A stretch of 64,000 nucleotides of DNA from NCBI GenBank assembly GCA_963805545.1, contig CAWDUU010000001.1, forward strand, positions 331,051-395,050, in the 5' to 3' direction. This DNA is from an uncultured Actinomycetes bacterium (GTDB lineage Bacteria; Actinomycetota; Thermoleophilia; Gaiellales; JAICJC01). This document shows positions 20,139 to 29,964 of the stretch, in pieces. The notes beneath the pieces were generated by a model. The model was not told the origin of the DNA. It worked only from the letters and a program-made list of their open reading frames with translations, and made no database searches. The number at the start of each line of letters is the position of its first letter. The stretch's first letter is position 1. The position numbers and the translations under genes were made by a program.

Positions 20139-21238
20139 TCGGCACGGAGCGGGCGCGGGCCACGGTGACGGTCGAGCTCGCGGCGGTCTCGTCCAACGTC
20201 GCCCGCCTCGCCGATGCGGCGGCGCCCGCCCAGGTGTGGGCCGTCGTGAAGGCCGACGGCTACGGCCACGGAGCGGCCGCGGTCGGGCGCACGGCGCTCG
20301 CGTCCGGCGCGGCCCGGCTCTGCGTCGCCACCTGGGAGGAGGCGCGGGCGCTTCGTGACGAGCTCGGCGACGTCCCCGTCCTCGTGATGGGTCCGCTCGT
20401 GCCCGGCCAGGAGAGCGACGTCGAGGGCGTCGACGTGACCGTGACGTCGGTCGACGGCTTCGCCCGCCTGCGGGCCGCCGCCCGCGCGCCGCTCGGCGTG
20501 CACGTGAAGGCCGACACCGGCATGGGCCGCTGGGGGATGGGGGAGGACGACGCGCTGCGGATCGCCGAGCAGCTGGCCGACGGCGACGTCCTCGCGCTCG
20601 CCGGGCTGATGAGCCACCTGGCGGTCGCCGACAGCGACGAGGCGTTCACCCGCCGCCAGATCGAGCGGTTCGCGGGCCTGGCGGCGCGGTTTCCGGCCTG
20701 CCCCCGCCACATCGCAAACAGCGCAGCGGCGCTCCGCTTCCCGGAGGCCCGGTTCGACGCGGTCCGGTGCGGGATCGGGGTCTACGGCCTTTCGCCGTTC
20801 GGCACCCACCCGCACGCCGACGGGCTCCGGCCGGCGCTCCGGCTCGAGAGCTTCGTCGCCGAGGTGAAGCTGCTCGCCGCGGGCGAGAGCGCCGGATACG
20901 GCCGCCGGTTCGTCGCGACGGAGCCGACCTGGATCGGCCTCGTGCCGGCGGGGTACGCCGACGGCGTGCCGCGCATCCTGTCGGGCCGGGCCGACGTGCT
21001 GGTGCGGGGCCGCCGCCGCCGGGTCGCCGCCACGGTCAGCATGGACCAGCTCACGTTCGCAATCGGACCGGAGTGCGACGTCGAGGCGGGCGACGCGGTG
21101 ACGCTGATCGGCGAGGACGCGGGCGAGCGGATCCTCGCCGAGGAGTGGGCCGCGATCGCGGGCACGATCAACTACGAGATCGTCACCTCGCTGGCGCCGC
21201 GGCCGCGGAGGGTGGAGCATGTCCTCCGGAGTGCTTGA
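20135..21238 (+). CDS. alr: Alanine racemase
   Basis: AVVKADGYGHG, HIANSAA, AGYGRRF, GYADG, VSMDQ, GTINYE. Confidence 0.97.
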   Translation: MIGTERARATVTVELAAVSSNVARLADAAAPAQVWAVVKADGYGHGAAAVGRTALASGAARLCVATWEEARALRDELGDVPVLVMGPLVPGQESDVEGVDVTVTSVDGFARLRAAARAPLGVHVKADTGMGRWGMGEDDALRIAEQLADGDVLALAGLMSHLAVADSDEAFTRRQIERFAGLAARFPACPRHIANSAAALRFPEARFDAVRCGIGVYGLSPFGTHPHADGLRPALRLESFVAEVKLLAAGESAGYGRRFVATEPTWIGLVPAGYADGVPRILSGRADVLVRGRRRRVAATVSMDQLTFAIGPECDVEAGDAVTLIGEDAGERILAEEWAAIAGTINYEIVTSLAPRPRRVEHVLRSA

Positions 21239-22598
21239 CGAGCTGCGGCCCATGATCGACGGCGACGGGGCCCATTTCGTCGGCGGCTGCGTGCGCGACG
21301 TGCGGCTGGGGCGGCCCGTGACCGACGTCGACGTCGTCGTGCCCGGCGACCCGGCCCCGGCGGCGCGCAGGCTGGCACGCGCGACGGGAGGCTCGCCGTT
21401 CGCGCTCTCGGAGGCGCACGGGGCGTGGCGGGTGGTGCTCGACGGCCGCACCATCGACGTGACGGCCCGGCGCGGCGGCGATATCGTGGCCGATCTGGGC
21501 GAGCGCGACTTCACCGTGAACGCCATGGCGATCCCGGTCGCCGGAGGCGACGACGAGCTGGTCGACCCGTACGGCGGGCTCGCCGACCTGTCCGAGCGGC
21601 GGATGCGGCTCGTGTCGGAGCGCGTGTTCGCCGACGACCCGCTGCGGCTCCTGCGCCTGGCCAGGATCGCCCACGAGCTGGGGTTCGCGGTCGACCCGGA
21701 GACCGAGCGGGCCGCCCGCCGCGACGCGCACCTGGCCGACCGGGCCGCCGGCGAGCGGATCTACGCCGAGATCCGGCGGCTGCTCGCCCCCGACCACCCC
21801 GACGCCGCCGTCCGGCTGCTGGACGGGCTGGGCGTCCTCGACGTCGTCCTTCCGGAGGCGGCGCCGATGCACGGCTGCGAGCAGAGCCCGTTTCACCACC
21901 TCGACGTCTTCGAGCACACCCTCCAGGTGCTCGACGCGGCGGCCGACATCGCCGCGCATCCCGAGCACTACCTCCCCGGGCATGCCGAGCGGCTCGGCCG
22001 GGCTCTGGACGAGCCGGTGGGCGACGAGCTCGATGCGCGCACGGCGCTCCGGCTGGCCGTCCTCTTCCACGACATCGAGAAGCCGAGCACGCGCACCGTG
22101 TCGGACGACGGCCGGATCGGGTTCATGGGCCACGACGCGAAGGGCGCCGAGACGGCCCGCCGCATCCTCAAGCGGTGGCGCGCGGCAACCTCGACGATCC
22201 GGTTCTGCGCGCTCCTGGTCGCCGAGCACCTGCGGCTCGGCTTCATGGTGCACGACCGGCCGCTCGACCGCCGCGACGGGTACCGCTACCTGCGGGCGAC
22301 CGCGCCGCACACCCGTGCGAGCGTCGTCGTCTCGCTCGCGGACCGGTTCGCCACGCGGGGCGTGCGTGCCCGCCAGGCGTACGTGCGCGCCCACACCGAG
22401 ACGGCCGACGAGCTGCTCGCGATCGTCGCCGAGCTCGAGGACGAGGAGCGCCCGCCGCTCCTGCGCGGCGACGAGATCGCCGAGCTGGCCGGGGCGGAGG
22501 GGCCGCGGATCGGCGCGCTGGTGGACGCGCTGGCCGAGGAGCAGGCGGCGGGGGCCGTGACGACCCGCGAGGAGGCGGTGGCGTTTGTCCGCGGGTAG
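21219..22598 (+). CDS. CCA tRNA nucleotidyltransferase-like protein with HD domain
   Basis: VGGCVRD..LGRPVTDVDV, RDFTVNAMA, DDPLRLLR, LFHDIEKP. Confidence 0.85.
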   Translation: MSSGVLDELRPMIDGDGAHFVGGCVRDVRLGRPVTDVDVVVPGDPAPAARRLARATGGSPFALSEAHGAWRVVLDGRTIDVTARRGGDIVADLGERDFTVNAMAIPVAGGDDELVDPYGGLADLSERRMRLVSERVFADDPLRLLRLARIAHELGFAVDPETERAARRDAHLADRAAGERIYAEIRRLLAPDHPDAAVRLLDGLGVLDVVLPEAAPMHGCEQSPFHHLDVFEHTLQVLDAAADIAAHPEHYLPGHAERLGRALDEPVGDELDARTALRLAVLFHDIEKPSTRTVSDDGRIGFMGHDAKGAETARRILKRWRAATSTIRFCALLVAEHLRLGFMVHDRPLDRRDGYRYLRATAPHTRASVVVSLADRFATRGVRARQAYVRAHTETADELLAIVAELEDEERPPLLRGDEIAELAGAEGPRIGALVDALAEEQAAGAVTTREEAVAFVRG

Positions 22599-23259
22599 CC
22601 GCTTCGACCGCACCGCCGAGCGCTACGCCGCGATGGCGAGGGAGAAGGACTGGGGCGGGTTCGTCGAGTGGTGCGACCCGAGGCCGGACGACCGCGCTCT
22701 CGACGTGGCGGGCGGGCCGGGGGCGCTGGCCGGCGTCCTTCTCCCGCTGGTCGGGTCGATCACGGTGCTCGACGCGTCGGCGCGGCTCCTGGAGTTCGTC
22801 CCGGACGGGGTCGCCCGCATCATCGGCCGCGCCGAGCAGCTGCCGTTCGAGGACGCCGGCTTCGACCTCGTGACGTGCGTGAACAGCCTGCACCACATCG
22901 CCCGGCCGCCGCGCGCCCTCGACGAGATGGCGCGCGTCCTGGCGCCGGGCGGGAGGATCGTGCTCGAGGACTTCATCGCCGACGACGACCCCGGCCGGGC
23001 GCGCAGGTGGGAGGAGGTCGAGCGCATCCGCGACCCCGAGCACGGCCGGCTGATAACGGCCGGCGAGCCGCGCGTGCCGCTGCTCGGAGCGGGCTTGGAA
23101 CTGGACGCCGAGGAGGTCTGGCTGCGGGTGTTCGAGGTCGACTCGTGGCTGGAGGTGGCCGGCTGCGCCGGCTCGGCCGCCGAGCACGCCCGCGAGCTGA
23201 TCGGCGGCCCGACGTTCGAGCTGCGCGTGTGGCGGGCCCGGTTCCGGCGACCGGAGTGA
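22585..23259 (+). CDS. Class I SAM-dependent methyltransferase
   Basis: ALDVAGGPG, AEQLPFEDAGFDLV, LHHI..P..ALDEMARVLAPGG. Confidence 0.88.
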   Translation: MSAGSRFDRTAERYAAMAREKDWGGFVEWCDPRPDDRALDVAGGPGALAGVLLPLVGSITVLDASARLLEFVPDGVARIIGRAEQLPFEDAGFDLVTCVNSLHHIARPPRALDEMARVLAPGGRIVLEDFIADDDPGRARRWEEVERIRDPEHGRLITAGEPRVPLLGAGLELDAEEVWLRVFEVDSWLEVAGCAGSAAEHARELIGGPTFELRVWRARFRRPE

Positions 23260-23260
23260 G

Positions 23261-23770
23261 TCAAGCCTCGAACCCCGGCGGCAGAGGTGCGCCGCAGACG
23301 CGATGGAGTGTGGTGAGGTCGTGGATCGCCTTCTCGCCCCAGGTGTAGCCGAGAAACTGGCGGAACAGCGCGTCCGGCGACAGACACCGAACGTTCACCC
23401 CCTCGATACGGCCGGCACCGCACAGGTCCGCGGCGGAGAAGCGATCCCACCTTGTCGGGGAGTACTCCTGCCATGCATCGCCTGCTGAATCGAACTGCAC
23501 GAGATAGAGGTCGACCTGTCGTCCGCGCGGATCGCGAAGGATCAGAAACGCCGGAAGTTCGGATTCGTCTGCGCGGGCGAACCCACGTTGGCCGAGGGAC
23601 GCCTCGACCGTCGGCAACGCGGCCAACGGCACCATCACGTCAACGTCGTCATGCGGGCGCGTCTGTTCTCCAACCAGGGCGTCAACCGCCCATCCGCCGG
23701 CGACCCACCACGGCACATCCGCCGCTGTAAGCGACTCGAGCACCTCGACAACGTCCTGAGCGGCCGTCAC
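23261..23770 (-). CDS. Aminoglycoside/lincosamide nucleotidyltransferase-like protein
   Basis: WWVAGGWAVDALVGEQTRPHDDVD; codon usage less GC3-biased than neighbours. Confidence 0.8.
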   Translation of the reverse strand: MTAAQDVVEVLESLTAADVPWWVAGGWAVDALVGEQTRPHDDVDVMVPLAALPTVEASLGQRGFARADESELPAFLILRDPRGRQVDLYLVQFDSAGDAWQEYSPTRWDRFSAADLCGAGRIEGVNVRCLSPDALFRQFLGYTWGEKAIHDLTTLHRVCGAPLPPGFEA

Positions 23771-23816
23771 GGGCGCATTGAATCAGGGACGACCCGCCGG
23801 GTCATCACAGGTCGCA

Positions 23817-23883
23817 CGGGGTCAGACCCCGCATCGGCGGCCGTGACGCCTGTGTGACGCTTTCGATGCGGGGTCTGACCCCG
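23817..23883. repeat. REPIN-like inverted pair
   Basis: Perfect 20-bp arms CGGGGTCAGACCCCGCATCG / CGATGCGGGGTCTGACCCCG with a 27-nt spacer. Confidence 0.9.
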
Positions 23884-23884
23884 G

Positions 23885-24427
23885 TCAGCCGCCGAGGGGG
23901 AGCTCCGCCAGCGTCGTGTAGCGGGCGCCGTCGCGGCCCAGGTCCGAGCGGACGAGCGCACAGGCGGCAACCGCGATCTCGGCTCCGGCAGCGGCCAGGG
24001 ACGGGAGGCCGGCCCCGCGCGGCGGCGGCCGGCGCAGGCGCGCGAGCGTGACGTGCGGGCTCGCCGTCCGCGGTTCCCGTGCGCCGGGGGCGAACGGCCC
24101 GGCCGCCACGGCGACTGCCCCCGCCAGGCCGGCGAGCTCGGGCGGCGCATCGAGCCGAGCCCAGACCATCCGCGGCCGCCGCGGCGGGGCCAGTGCCGCA
24201 CCGGCGAGCCGGAGCGCGAAGGGCGCGGCGGAGGCGCAGGCCGACGCGAGCGCGGCGCCGAGCGGCTCCTCGTCGGCGTCGTCGACCGAGCCGAGGAAGT
24301 GGACGGTGACGTGCAGGTTCGCGGACGGGACCGCCCGTCCGCCGAGAGCGCCGGCGGCGTCGGCGGCGTAGTCGGCCAGCTCCTCCGCGAGCGGCGCCGG
24401 GATCGGGATGGCGACGAACGCGCGCAC
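23885..24427 (-). CDS. thpR: RNA 2',3'-cyclic phosphodiesterase (2'-5' RNA ligase family)
   Basis: MRAFVAI start; two HxT motifs (LHVTVHF, PHVTLAR). Confidence 0.9.
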   Translation of the reverse strand: MRAFVAIPIPAPLAEELADYAADAAGALGGRAVPSANLHVTVHFLGSVDDADEEPLGAALASACASAAPFALRLAGAALAPPRRPRMVWARLDAPPELAGLAGAVAVAAGPFAPGAREPRTASPHVTLARLRRPPPRGAGLPSLAAAGAEIAVAACALVRSDLGRDGARYTTLAELPLGG

Positions 24428-24461
24428 GGCGTCGCCACCGTAGCCGAGCTTCACGCCGGGG

Positions 24462-24632
24462 TCAGGCGGCGGCGCGGATGGTGCGGCTCGCCTCGATCTC
24501 GCGCAGAAGCTCGGCGAGCTTGCACTCGAGGTCGTTGGGCGAGCGTGCCGGGTAGCCGTGCTGCCACTGGCCCGTGGTCTCGGCGACCCGGATGCAGTAC
24601 ATCAGCGTCTGGATGTCACGCTTGTCGAGCAT
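24462..24632 (-). CDS. 56-aa hypothetical protein
   Basis: MLDKRDIQTLMYC...IRAAA; nearly all codons end in G/C. Confidence 0.6.
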   Translation of the reverse strand: MLDKRDIQTLMYCIRVAETTGQWQHGYPARSPNDLECKLAELLREIEASRTIRAAA

Positions 24633-24726
24633 CGCGGTGTCCAACGTCGGCGTTCGACACGGGCCCTGCCATCCCCTGCTTGGGGTATTTGCCCCCGCCG
24701 CGACACCCGATATAGTGCCCGCGGCC

Positions 24727-25245
24727 ATGATCAAGGTTCTCGTCGCCGGGCTCATCGGAACCGTTGCGGGTGTGGTCGCGATGATCGTGGTTATCGTGCT
24801 GGCCGGCACGACGACGAGCGGCGCATCGAGCGTCGGGCTGGGCGCCCTGCCGCTCTCGACCGCCTCGCTCACGGGCGGGGCGACCTCGACGCCGACCTCC
24901 ACTCCGCCGCCGACCAGCGGCGGCGGGACGTCCACCGGTGGAGCGACGGGGAACGCCGACAACGGCAAGACGATCTTCACCGGGAGCGCCGGTTGCGGCG
25001 GCTGCCACGCGCTGGCCGCGGCCGGGACCAGCGGCGCCGTCGGCCCCGCGCTCGACGACCTGAGCGGCGACGCCCAGAAGGCCGGCGAGCCGCTCGATGC
25101 CTTCATCAAGTCGTCGATCGTCGACCCCGGCGCGTACGTGCCGTCGGGCTATCAGGACGGCGTCATGCCGACGAACTTCGGCACGACGCTCTCCGCGACC
25201 GACATCGACGACCTCGTGGCGTTCATCTCCGCCTCCCAGAAGTAG
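24727..25245 (+). CDS. Membrane-anchored monoheme cytochrome c
   Basis: N-terminal TM helix, T/G-rich linker, CGGCH, GPAL, VMP axial Met. Confidence 0.92.
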   Translation: MIKVLVAGLIGTVAGVVAMIVVIVLAGTTTSGASSVGLGALPLSTASLTGGATSTPTSTPPPTSGGGTSTGGATGNADNGKTIFTGSAGCGGCHALAAAGTSGAVGPALDDLSGDAQKAGEPLDAFIKSSIVDPGAYVPSGYQDGVMPTNFGTTLSATDIDDLVAFISASQK

Positions 25246-25255
25246 GCTCCTCGGC

Positions 25256-26872
25256 GTGACCGTTGCGCCGCCCTCCGTCCGCACCGGCGCCCACGCCCTC
25301 GTCGAGGTGCTCGAGGCGCACGGCGTCGAGGTCGTGTTCGGGCTGCCGGGCATCCACGCCCTGCCCGTCTGGGACGCGCTGATCGGCTCGCCGATCCGGC
25401 GGGTCGTCGTCCGCCACGAGCAGGCGGCGGGCTTCGGGGCGGTGGGCTACGCGCGCACCGGCGAGAAGCCCGGCGTCTACCTGACGTCGACCGGGCCGGG
25501 CGCGTTCAATTCGCTGGCGGCGCTCTCCGAGGCCGACGCTTCGAGCGCGCCGGTGCTGCATCTCACCTCACAGATCCCGACCGACCTCGTGGGCGCGGGG
25601 CGGGGGTACCTGCACGAGAGCCGGGGCCAGTCACAGGCCTTCGCGGCCGTTTCGCGGTTTCACGCCCGGCCGACGACCCCCGAGGCGCTGGCGGCGGCGG
25701 TCGCCGAGGCCTTCGCCCACATGGCGCTCGATCCGGGGCCGGTCACGATCGAGGTGGCGACCGACGTGATGGCGGCACCCGCGCCGGAGGGGGCGCCGCC
25801 TGTGGCGCGGGTCACGCTCCCAGCGCCCGACCCGGACGCGGTCGCGCGCGTCCGGGCGATGCTCGAAGAGGCGGGCGCGCCGATCGTGTGGGCGGGCGGC
25901 GGCGCGCGCCGCGCGGCGGGCGACGCGCAGGCGCTGGCCGAGGCGCTCGACGCGCCGGTCATCACGACCTACAACGGCAAGGGCACGCTCCCGACCGGGC
26001 ATCCGCTCCACGCCGGCTCGTCGGTGGAGGAGCCGTCGATGCGCCACCTCGTCGAGCGGGCCGACCTGTGCCTGGCGCTCGGCACGCGCTTCTCGCAGGA
26101 GACGACCGCGAACTGGACGCTTCCCATCCCGGCCGCGCTCGTCCACGTCGACCTCGACCCGGGCCGGTTCGGGCGCACCTACCAGCCGGCCGAGGCGATC
26201 GTCTCGGACGTCGGCCTCTTCTGCCGCGCGCTTCTCGACGGCGGCGTGCGCGCCGGCTCGCGCGACGGCGAGGCGGCCGTGCGGGCGGCCATCCAGGGCC
26301 GGAACGCCGAGGTGGCGGCGCAGGGCGTGCCCGACGAGATCGAGCTCATGCACGCGCTCGACGACGCGCTGCCGGAGGACGCGATCGTGATCGCCGACAT
26401 GACGGTCTGCGCCTACTGGGCGGCGCTCTACCTCGACGGCAAGCGGCCGGGGTCGTTCGTGTACCCGGCGTCCGGGGCGCTGGGGTGCGGCGTCCCGCTC
26501 GCGCTCGGCACCGCGGCCGCCCACCCCAACCGGCCGACCGTTGCCATCGTCGGCGACGGCGGCTTCCTGATGGGCGGCCACGAGCTCCTCACGGCTGCGG
26601 CCGAGGGGCTGCCGTTCGTGACGCTCGTCGTCAACGATTCGGCCTACGGCATCCTGCGCAACTACCAGGAGACGATGTTCGGGCGGACGGTCGCGGTCGA
26701 ACTGAACGCGCCCGACTTCGCGGGGCTGGCCGCCGCGTGCGGAGTCCGGTACATCCTTGCCGACGGCATTCGCGGCGTGGGTGCCGCGCTGGGCGAGGCG
26801 CTGGCGGACCGGTCAGGGCCGGTGCTGGTCGAGCTCAAGGTCGCGCTCAAGGCCCCGGGACAATCGGTCTAG
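25256..26872 (+). CDS. ThDP-dependent enzyme, acetolactate synthase large-subunit-like
   Basis: VFGLPG, RHEQAAGF, TGPGA, GDGGF...VVND. Confidence 0.9.
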   Translation: MTVAPPSVRTGAHALVEVLEAHGVEVVFGLPGIHALPVWDALIGSPIRRVVVRHEQAAGFGAVGYARTGEKPGVYLTSTGPGAFNSLAALSEADASSAPVLHLTSQIPTDLVGAGRGYLHESRGQSQAFAAVSRFHARPTTPEALAAAVAEAFAHMALDPGPVTIEVATDVMAAPAPEGAPPVARVTLPAPDPDAVARVRAMLEEAGAPIVWAGGGARRAAGDAQALAEALDAPVITTYNGKGTLPTGHPLHAGSSVEEPSMRHLVERADLCLALGTRFSQETTANWTLPIPAALVHVDLDPGRFGRTYQPAEAIVSDVGLFCRALLDGGVRAGSRDGEAAVRAAIQGRNAEVAAQGVPDEIELMHALDDALPEDAIVIADMTVCAYWAALYLDGKRPGSFVYPASGALGCGVPLALGTAAAHPNRPTVAIVGDGGFLMGGHELLTAAAEGLPFVTLVVNDSAYGILRNYQETMFGRTVAVELNAPDFAGLAAACGVRYILADGIRGVGAALGEALADRSGPVLVELKVALKAPGQSV

Positions 26873-26876
26873 GGAA

Positions 26877-26978
26877 CGCGGGGGAACCCACGGTTCCCCC
26901 GCGGGCCCCGTCCTCAACGGGTGGCGAAGCGTGGTGCGCGCGAGGCGAAGAACGCGGTCTTCGCCGTCGCCACGACCG
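26877..26978 (+). repeat. Double-hairpin extragenic element, copy 1
   Basis: CGCGGGGGAACC-CAC-GGTTCCCCCGCG and GGCGAAGA-ACGCGG-TCTTCGCC; homologous to 42283-42386 (inverted). Confidence 0.85.
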
Positions 26979-27000
26979 TTTGCTCGAACGCTGCGACCGG

Positions 27001-27203
27001 CACTTGTCGTCCACGTGTGACGACATTCGGCGGTTTTCGCGGCACAGGCGTGACGGGCTGCGCCGGTTCTTCATCCGTCGATCACCCCGCCGTCGCGAGG
27101 CGCTCCGTACAACCGCCAATTGGCGGATCCCAGGGGAACCGCCAGTTGCCGTCCACATGTGACGACACTCGGCGTGTCCCGGGACACTCGCGTGACAGCC
27201 TGC
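27001..27203 (+). repeat. Two 61-bp degenerate direct repeats
   Basis: 27001-27061 vs 27143-27203, ungapped, 47/61 identical by manual count; internal TGTCGTC/GACGACA palindrome. Confidence 0.75.
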
Positions 27204-27249
27204 AACAGGCGAGGATCAGATGCGGGGCCTCGTTGGTATCGTCGAACGC

Positions 27250-27741
27250 ATGACGAGGTTCTGGAGCAGATGGCTTCACCGGCGCACGCCGAGCGTTGCC
27301 GTCGACGCGCTCCCGGGCCACGAGAGCCTGCGTCGAATGATCGCGGACGGGCATGGGGCCGGCTATGAAGCAGTCGAGTCGCTTGCCGAGGCGCGGGCAC
27401 GGGAGGGCTTCGCGGTTGTCATGCAGGGCGATGACGGCGGGTCGATTTACCTGACCTGTCCAGCCGCTGCAATCCGCTGTGACGAAGCAACGCTCCAGCA
27501 TCTCCTCGAGGACCTCGACGCGCGCTGCTGGAACGACCGTGACTCCGCCCGGCTCTTCTACGAGCGGCTTCCGGTTGGATCCAGGGTGGCGGGTGGCACA
27601 GGCGGTGGCCTCGTCACCGAGGGAGTGTGGCTCCACCCGCGGATCGAGAAACAAGGGCTTCAGGCACAGGTCCAGGCGATCATCGCCGGGGAGCGAGACC
27701 GGATCGACCAGCCCCGCCGCCCCGGTACAGTGATCCCATGA
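27250..27741 (+). CDS. Hypothetical protein
   Basis: GDDGGSIYLTCPA...RLFYERLPVG...GGTGGG...WLHP; ATGA overlap with the next gene. Confidence 0.65.
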   Translation: MTRFWSRWLHRRTPSVAVDALPGHESLRRMIADGHGAGYEAVESLAEARAREGFAVVMQGDDGGSIYLTCPAAAIRCDEATLQHLLEDLDARCWNDRDSARLFYERLPVGSRVAGGTGGGLVTEGVWLHPRIEKQGLQAQVQAIIAGERDRIDQPRRPGTVIP

Positions 27742-29037
27742 AGGCTCCCGAGCGCGCCGACTACTCGATGACCGCCAGCCCCGGCTCGCCGCTGCCCGTC
27801 GCCGTGCGGGCGGAGGGGTGCTGGATCGAGGACGCCGATGGCCGCCGCTACCTGGACGCGTGCGGCGGGGCGATGGTGATGCTGCTCGGCCATTGCCACC
27901 CGCGGGTGGTGGAAGCGCTGCGCGCGCAGGCCGGCGAGCTGACGTTCACGTATCGCTTCTCGTTCCGGAACGAGCCGATGCTCGACCTCGCCGAGCGGAT
28001 CGCGGCGCGCGCGCCGGGCGACCTGGAGTGGTGCTTCTTCAACTCGTCGGGCTCCGAGGCCAACGAGTCGGCGCTGCACCTCGCGGTGCTCTACTGGGAG
28101 CTCCTCGGGAAGGCCGGCAAGGTCGAGTTCCTCTCGCGCGTCACCTCCTACCACGGCTCCACCATGGGCGCGCTCTCGCTCTCCGGCTCCCGCTGGCGGG
28201 CACCGTTCGAGCTGCTCCTTCGCAAGTACGCCGTCGTGCCCAACAGCGATACCGCGGAGGAGGGTGCCGCGGCGCTGGAGGCCGCAATCCTCTCGCGCGG
28301 GGCCGAGCACGTGGCCGCCTTCGTGGTCGAGCCGGTGACCGGCTCGTCGGGCGCGGCTGTGCCGCTTCCGGGCGGCTACCTGGAGGCCGTGCGCGAGGTG
28401 TGCGACCGCCACGAGGTGCTCCTCGTCGCCGACGAGGTCATCACCGCCTTCGGCCGCACCGGGCGCTGGTTCGCGGTCGAGCACTGGAATGCCCTCCCCG
28501 ACGTCATCACCTTCGGCAAGGGGCTGGGCGGCGGCATCGTCCCGCTCTCCGGGATGGTCGCATCGCGGCGGCTGCGTGAGGTCGTCGAGAGCGCGCCCGG
28601 CGGCTTCTCGTACGGCCACACCTTCTCGGGCAACCCGCTCGGCTGCGCCGTCGGCTCGGCCGTCATCGACGTGATCGAGGAGGACGGGCTCGTGGAGGCC
28701 GCCGAGTCGCGCGGGGCGCTCGCTTCGCGCCAGGCTCGAGGAGCTGCGCGGCCGCCACCCGATCGTCCACTCCCTGCGCGGCCGCGGCCTGCTCCAGGGG
28801 GTCGAGCTGCGCGCGCCGGACGGCGCCCGCTTCCCGGCCTCCGCCGGCGTCTGCGGCCGCGTCGCCGCCGCCGCCAAGGACGAGGGCCTCATGATCTACT
28901 CCTGTCCGACGCCGGTCGGCACCGAGCACATGGACGCGCTCATGCTGGCCCCTCCGCTCATCCTGACCGACGCCGAGGTCGACGAGATCGCCGCCCGCCT
29001 CGACACCGCCCTCGCGCGGGTCGAGTCGTCGCTGTAG
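27738..29037 (+). CDS. Class III PLP aminotransferase, frameshift near 28720
   Basis: YLDACGG, SGSEANE, SYHGST, DEVITAFGRTG, FGKGLGGG; the C-terminus (RGRGLL...LAPPL) is in the +1 frame. Confidence 0.88.
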
Positions 29038-29082
29038 GCGGCTGCCAGTCCGTCCGGTCCGGCTTCTAGCCTTGGTCGCCGG

Positions 29083-29964
29083 ATGCCGGTGGTCGCAGTT
29101 CCGATCGCGCAGCTTCTCGGCGCGCTTCTCGCCCTCGCCGCGATCGCGAAGATCCGGCGGTTCGGTGCGTGGCGGGCCGCGCTCGACGGCTACCGCCTCG
29201 TGCCGTGGCGGGGCGTTGTCGCGGTTGCCGTCCCCGCCGCCGAGCTCGCCGTCGCCGGAGGCCTCCTCGCCGGCCTCGCCGTCTCCGCCTGGTGCGCCGC
29301 GGCGCTGCTCTCGGTCTTCACGCTCGTCCTGGCCGCCGAGCTCGCGCGCGGCTCGGCGCCGCCCGCATGCGCGTGCCTGCCGTGGTCGGGCCCCCCGGGC
29401 CGCCTGACGCTCGTCCGGAACGCCGTCCTCGTCGCCGCGGCGCTCGCCGCCGCCGAGGGCGCGACACCTCGCCTCGGGCGCGGATTCTGGGAGGCGTCCT
29501 ACGCCGTCCTCTGGCTGGCCGTCGCCGGGCTCGTGGTGCTCGTGCTCTCGCTCTACCGGCAGGTGGGCGTCCTGCACCTGCGGCTGGGGCCGCGCGGGGC
29601 GCTCGAGGAGGAGGGCGAGGGGCCCGAGCTCGGCGCGGCGATCGACCACCCGGCGGTGCCCGCGGGAAGGGCGGCGCTGGTCGCGTTCACGTCGGCCGGC
29701 TGCCCTGTGTGCCATCAGATCGTGCCGGGCCTGCGCGTGCTCGAGCGCGATCCGGCGCTTCGGGTCGTCCACGCCGCCTACGAGGACGCGGAGGGGCCGG
29801 AGCTGCACGCCGCCTTCGACGTCCCGGGGACGCCGTACGCGGTGTACCTCGACGCGGCAAGCGTCGTTCGGGCCAAGGGCACCGTGAACACGCTCGAGCA
29901 GCTCGAGAGCCTGGTCGCCGCCGGCGGCAGCCGCGCCCAGGAGGCGGTCGGCGATGTGGCGTGA
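29083..29964 (+). CDS. MauE-MauD fusion (methylamine-utilisation membrane domain + thioredoxin fold)
   Basis: AIAKIR...AELAVA...ACAC; LYRQVGVLHLRLGPRGAL...GP; CPVC; PYAV...AKGTVNTLEQLESL. Confidence 0.88.
   Translation: MPVVAVPIAQLLGALLALAAIAKIRRFGAWRAALDGYRLVPWRGVVAVAVPAAELAVAGGLLAGLAVSAWCAAALLSVFTLVLAAELARGSAPPACACLPWSGPPGRLTLVRNAVLVAAALAAAEGATPRLGRGFWEASYAVLWLAVAGLVVLVLSLYRQVGVLHLRLGPRGALEEEGEGPELGAAIDHPAVPAGRAALVAFTSAGCPVCHQIVPGLRVLERDPALRVVHAAYEDAEGPELHAAFDVPGTPYAVYLDAASVVRAKGTVNTLEQLESLVAAGGSRAQEAVGDVA

Noticed and set aside
24457-24467. Further REP copy CGGGGTCAGGC
   Set aside because: Too short, lacks the second arm; compatible with chance at a TGA stop.
24640-24658. LexA SOS box
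   Set aside because: TCCAAC-N6-GTTCGA has the wrong spacing and a mismatch versus TCGAAC-N4-GTTCGA.
27001-27203. CRISPR array
   Set aside because: Two long diverged units only and no cas genes.
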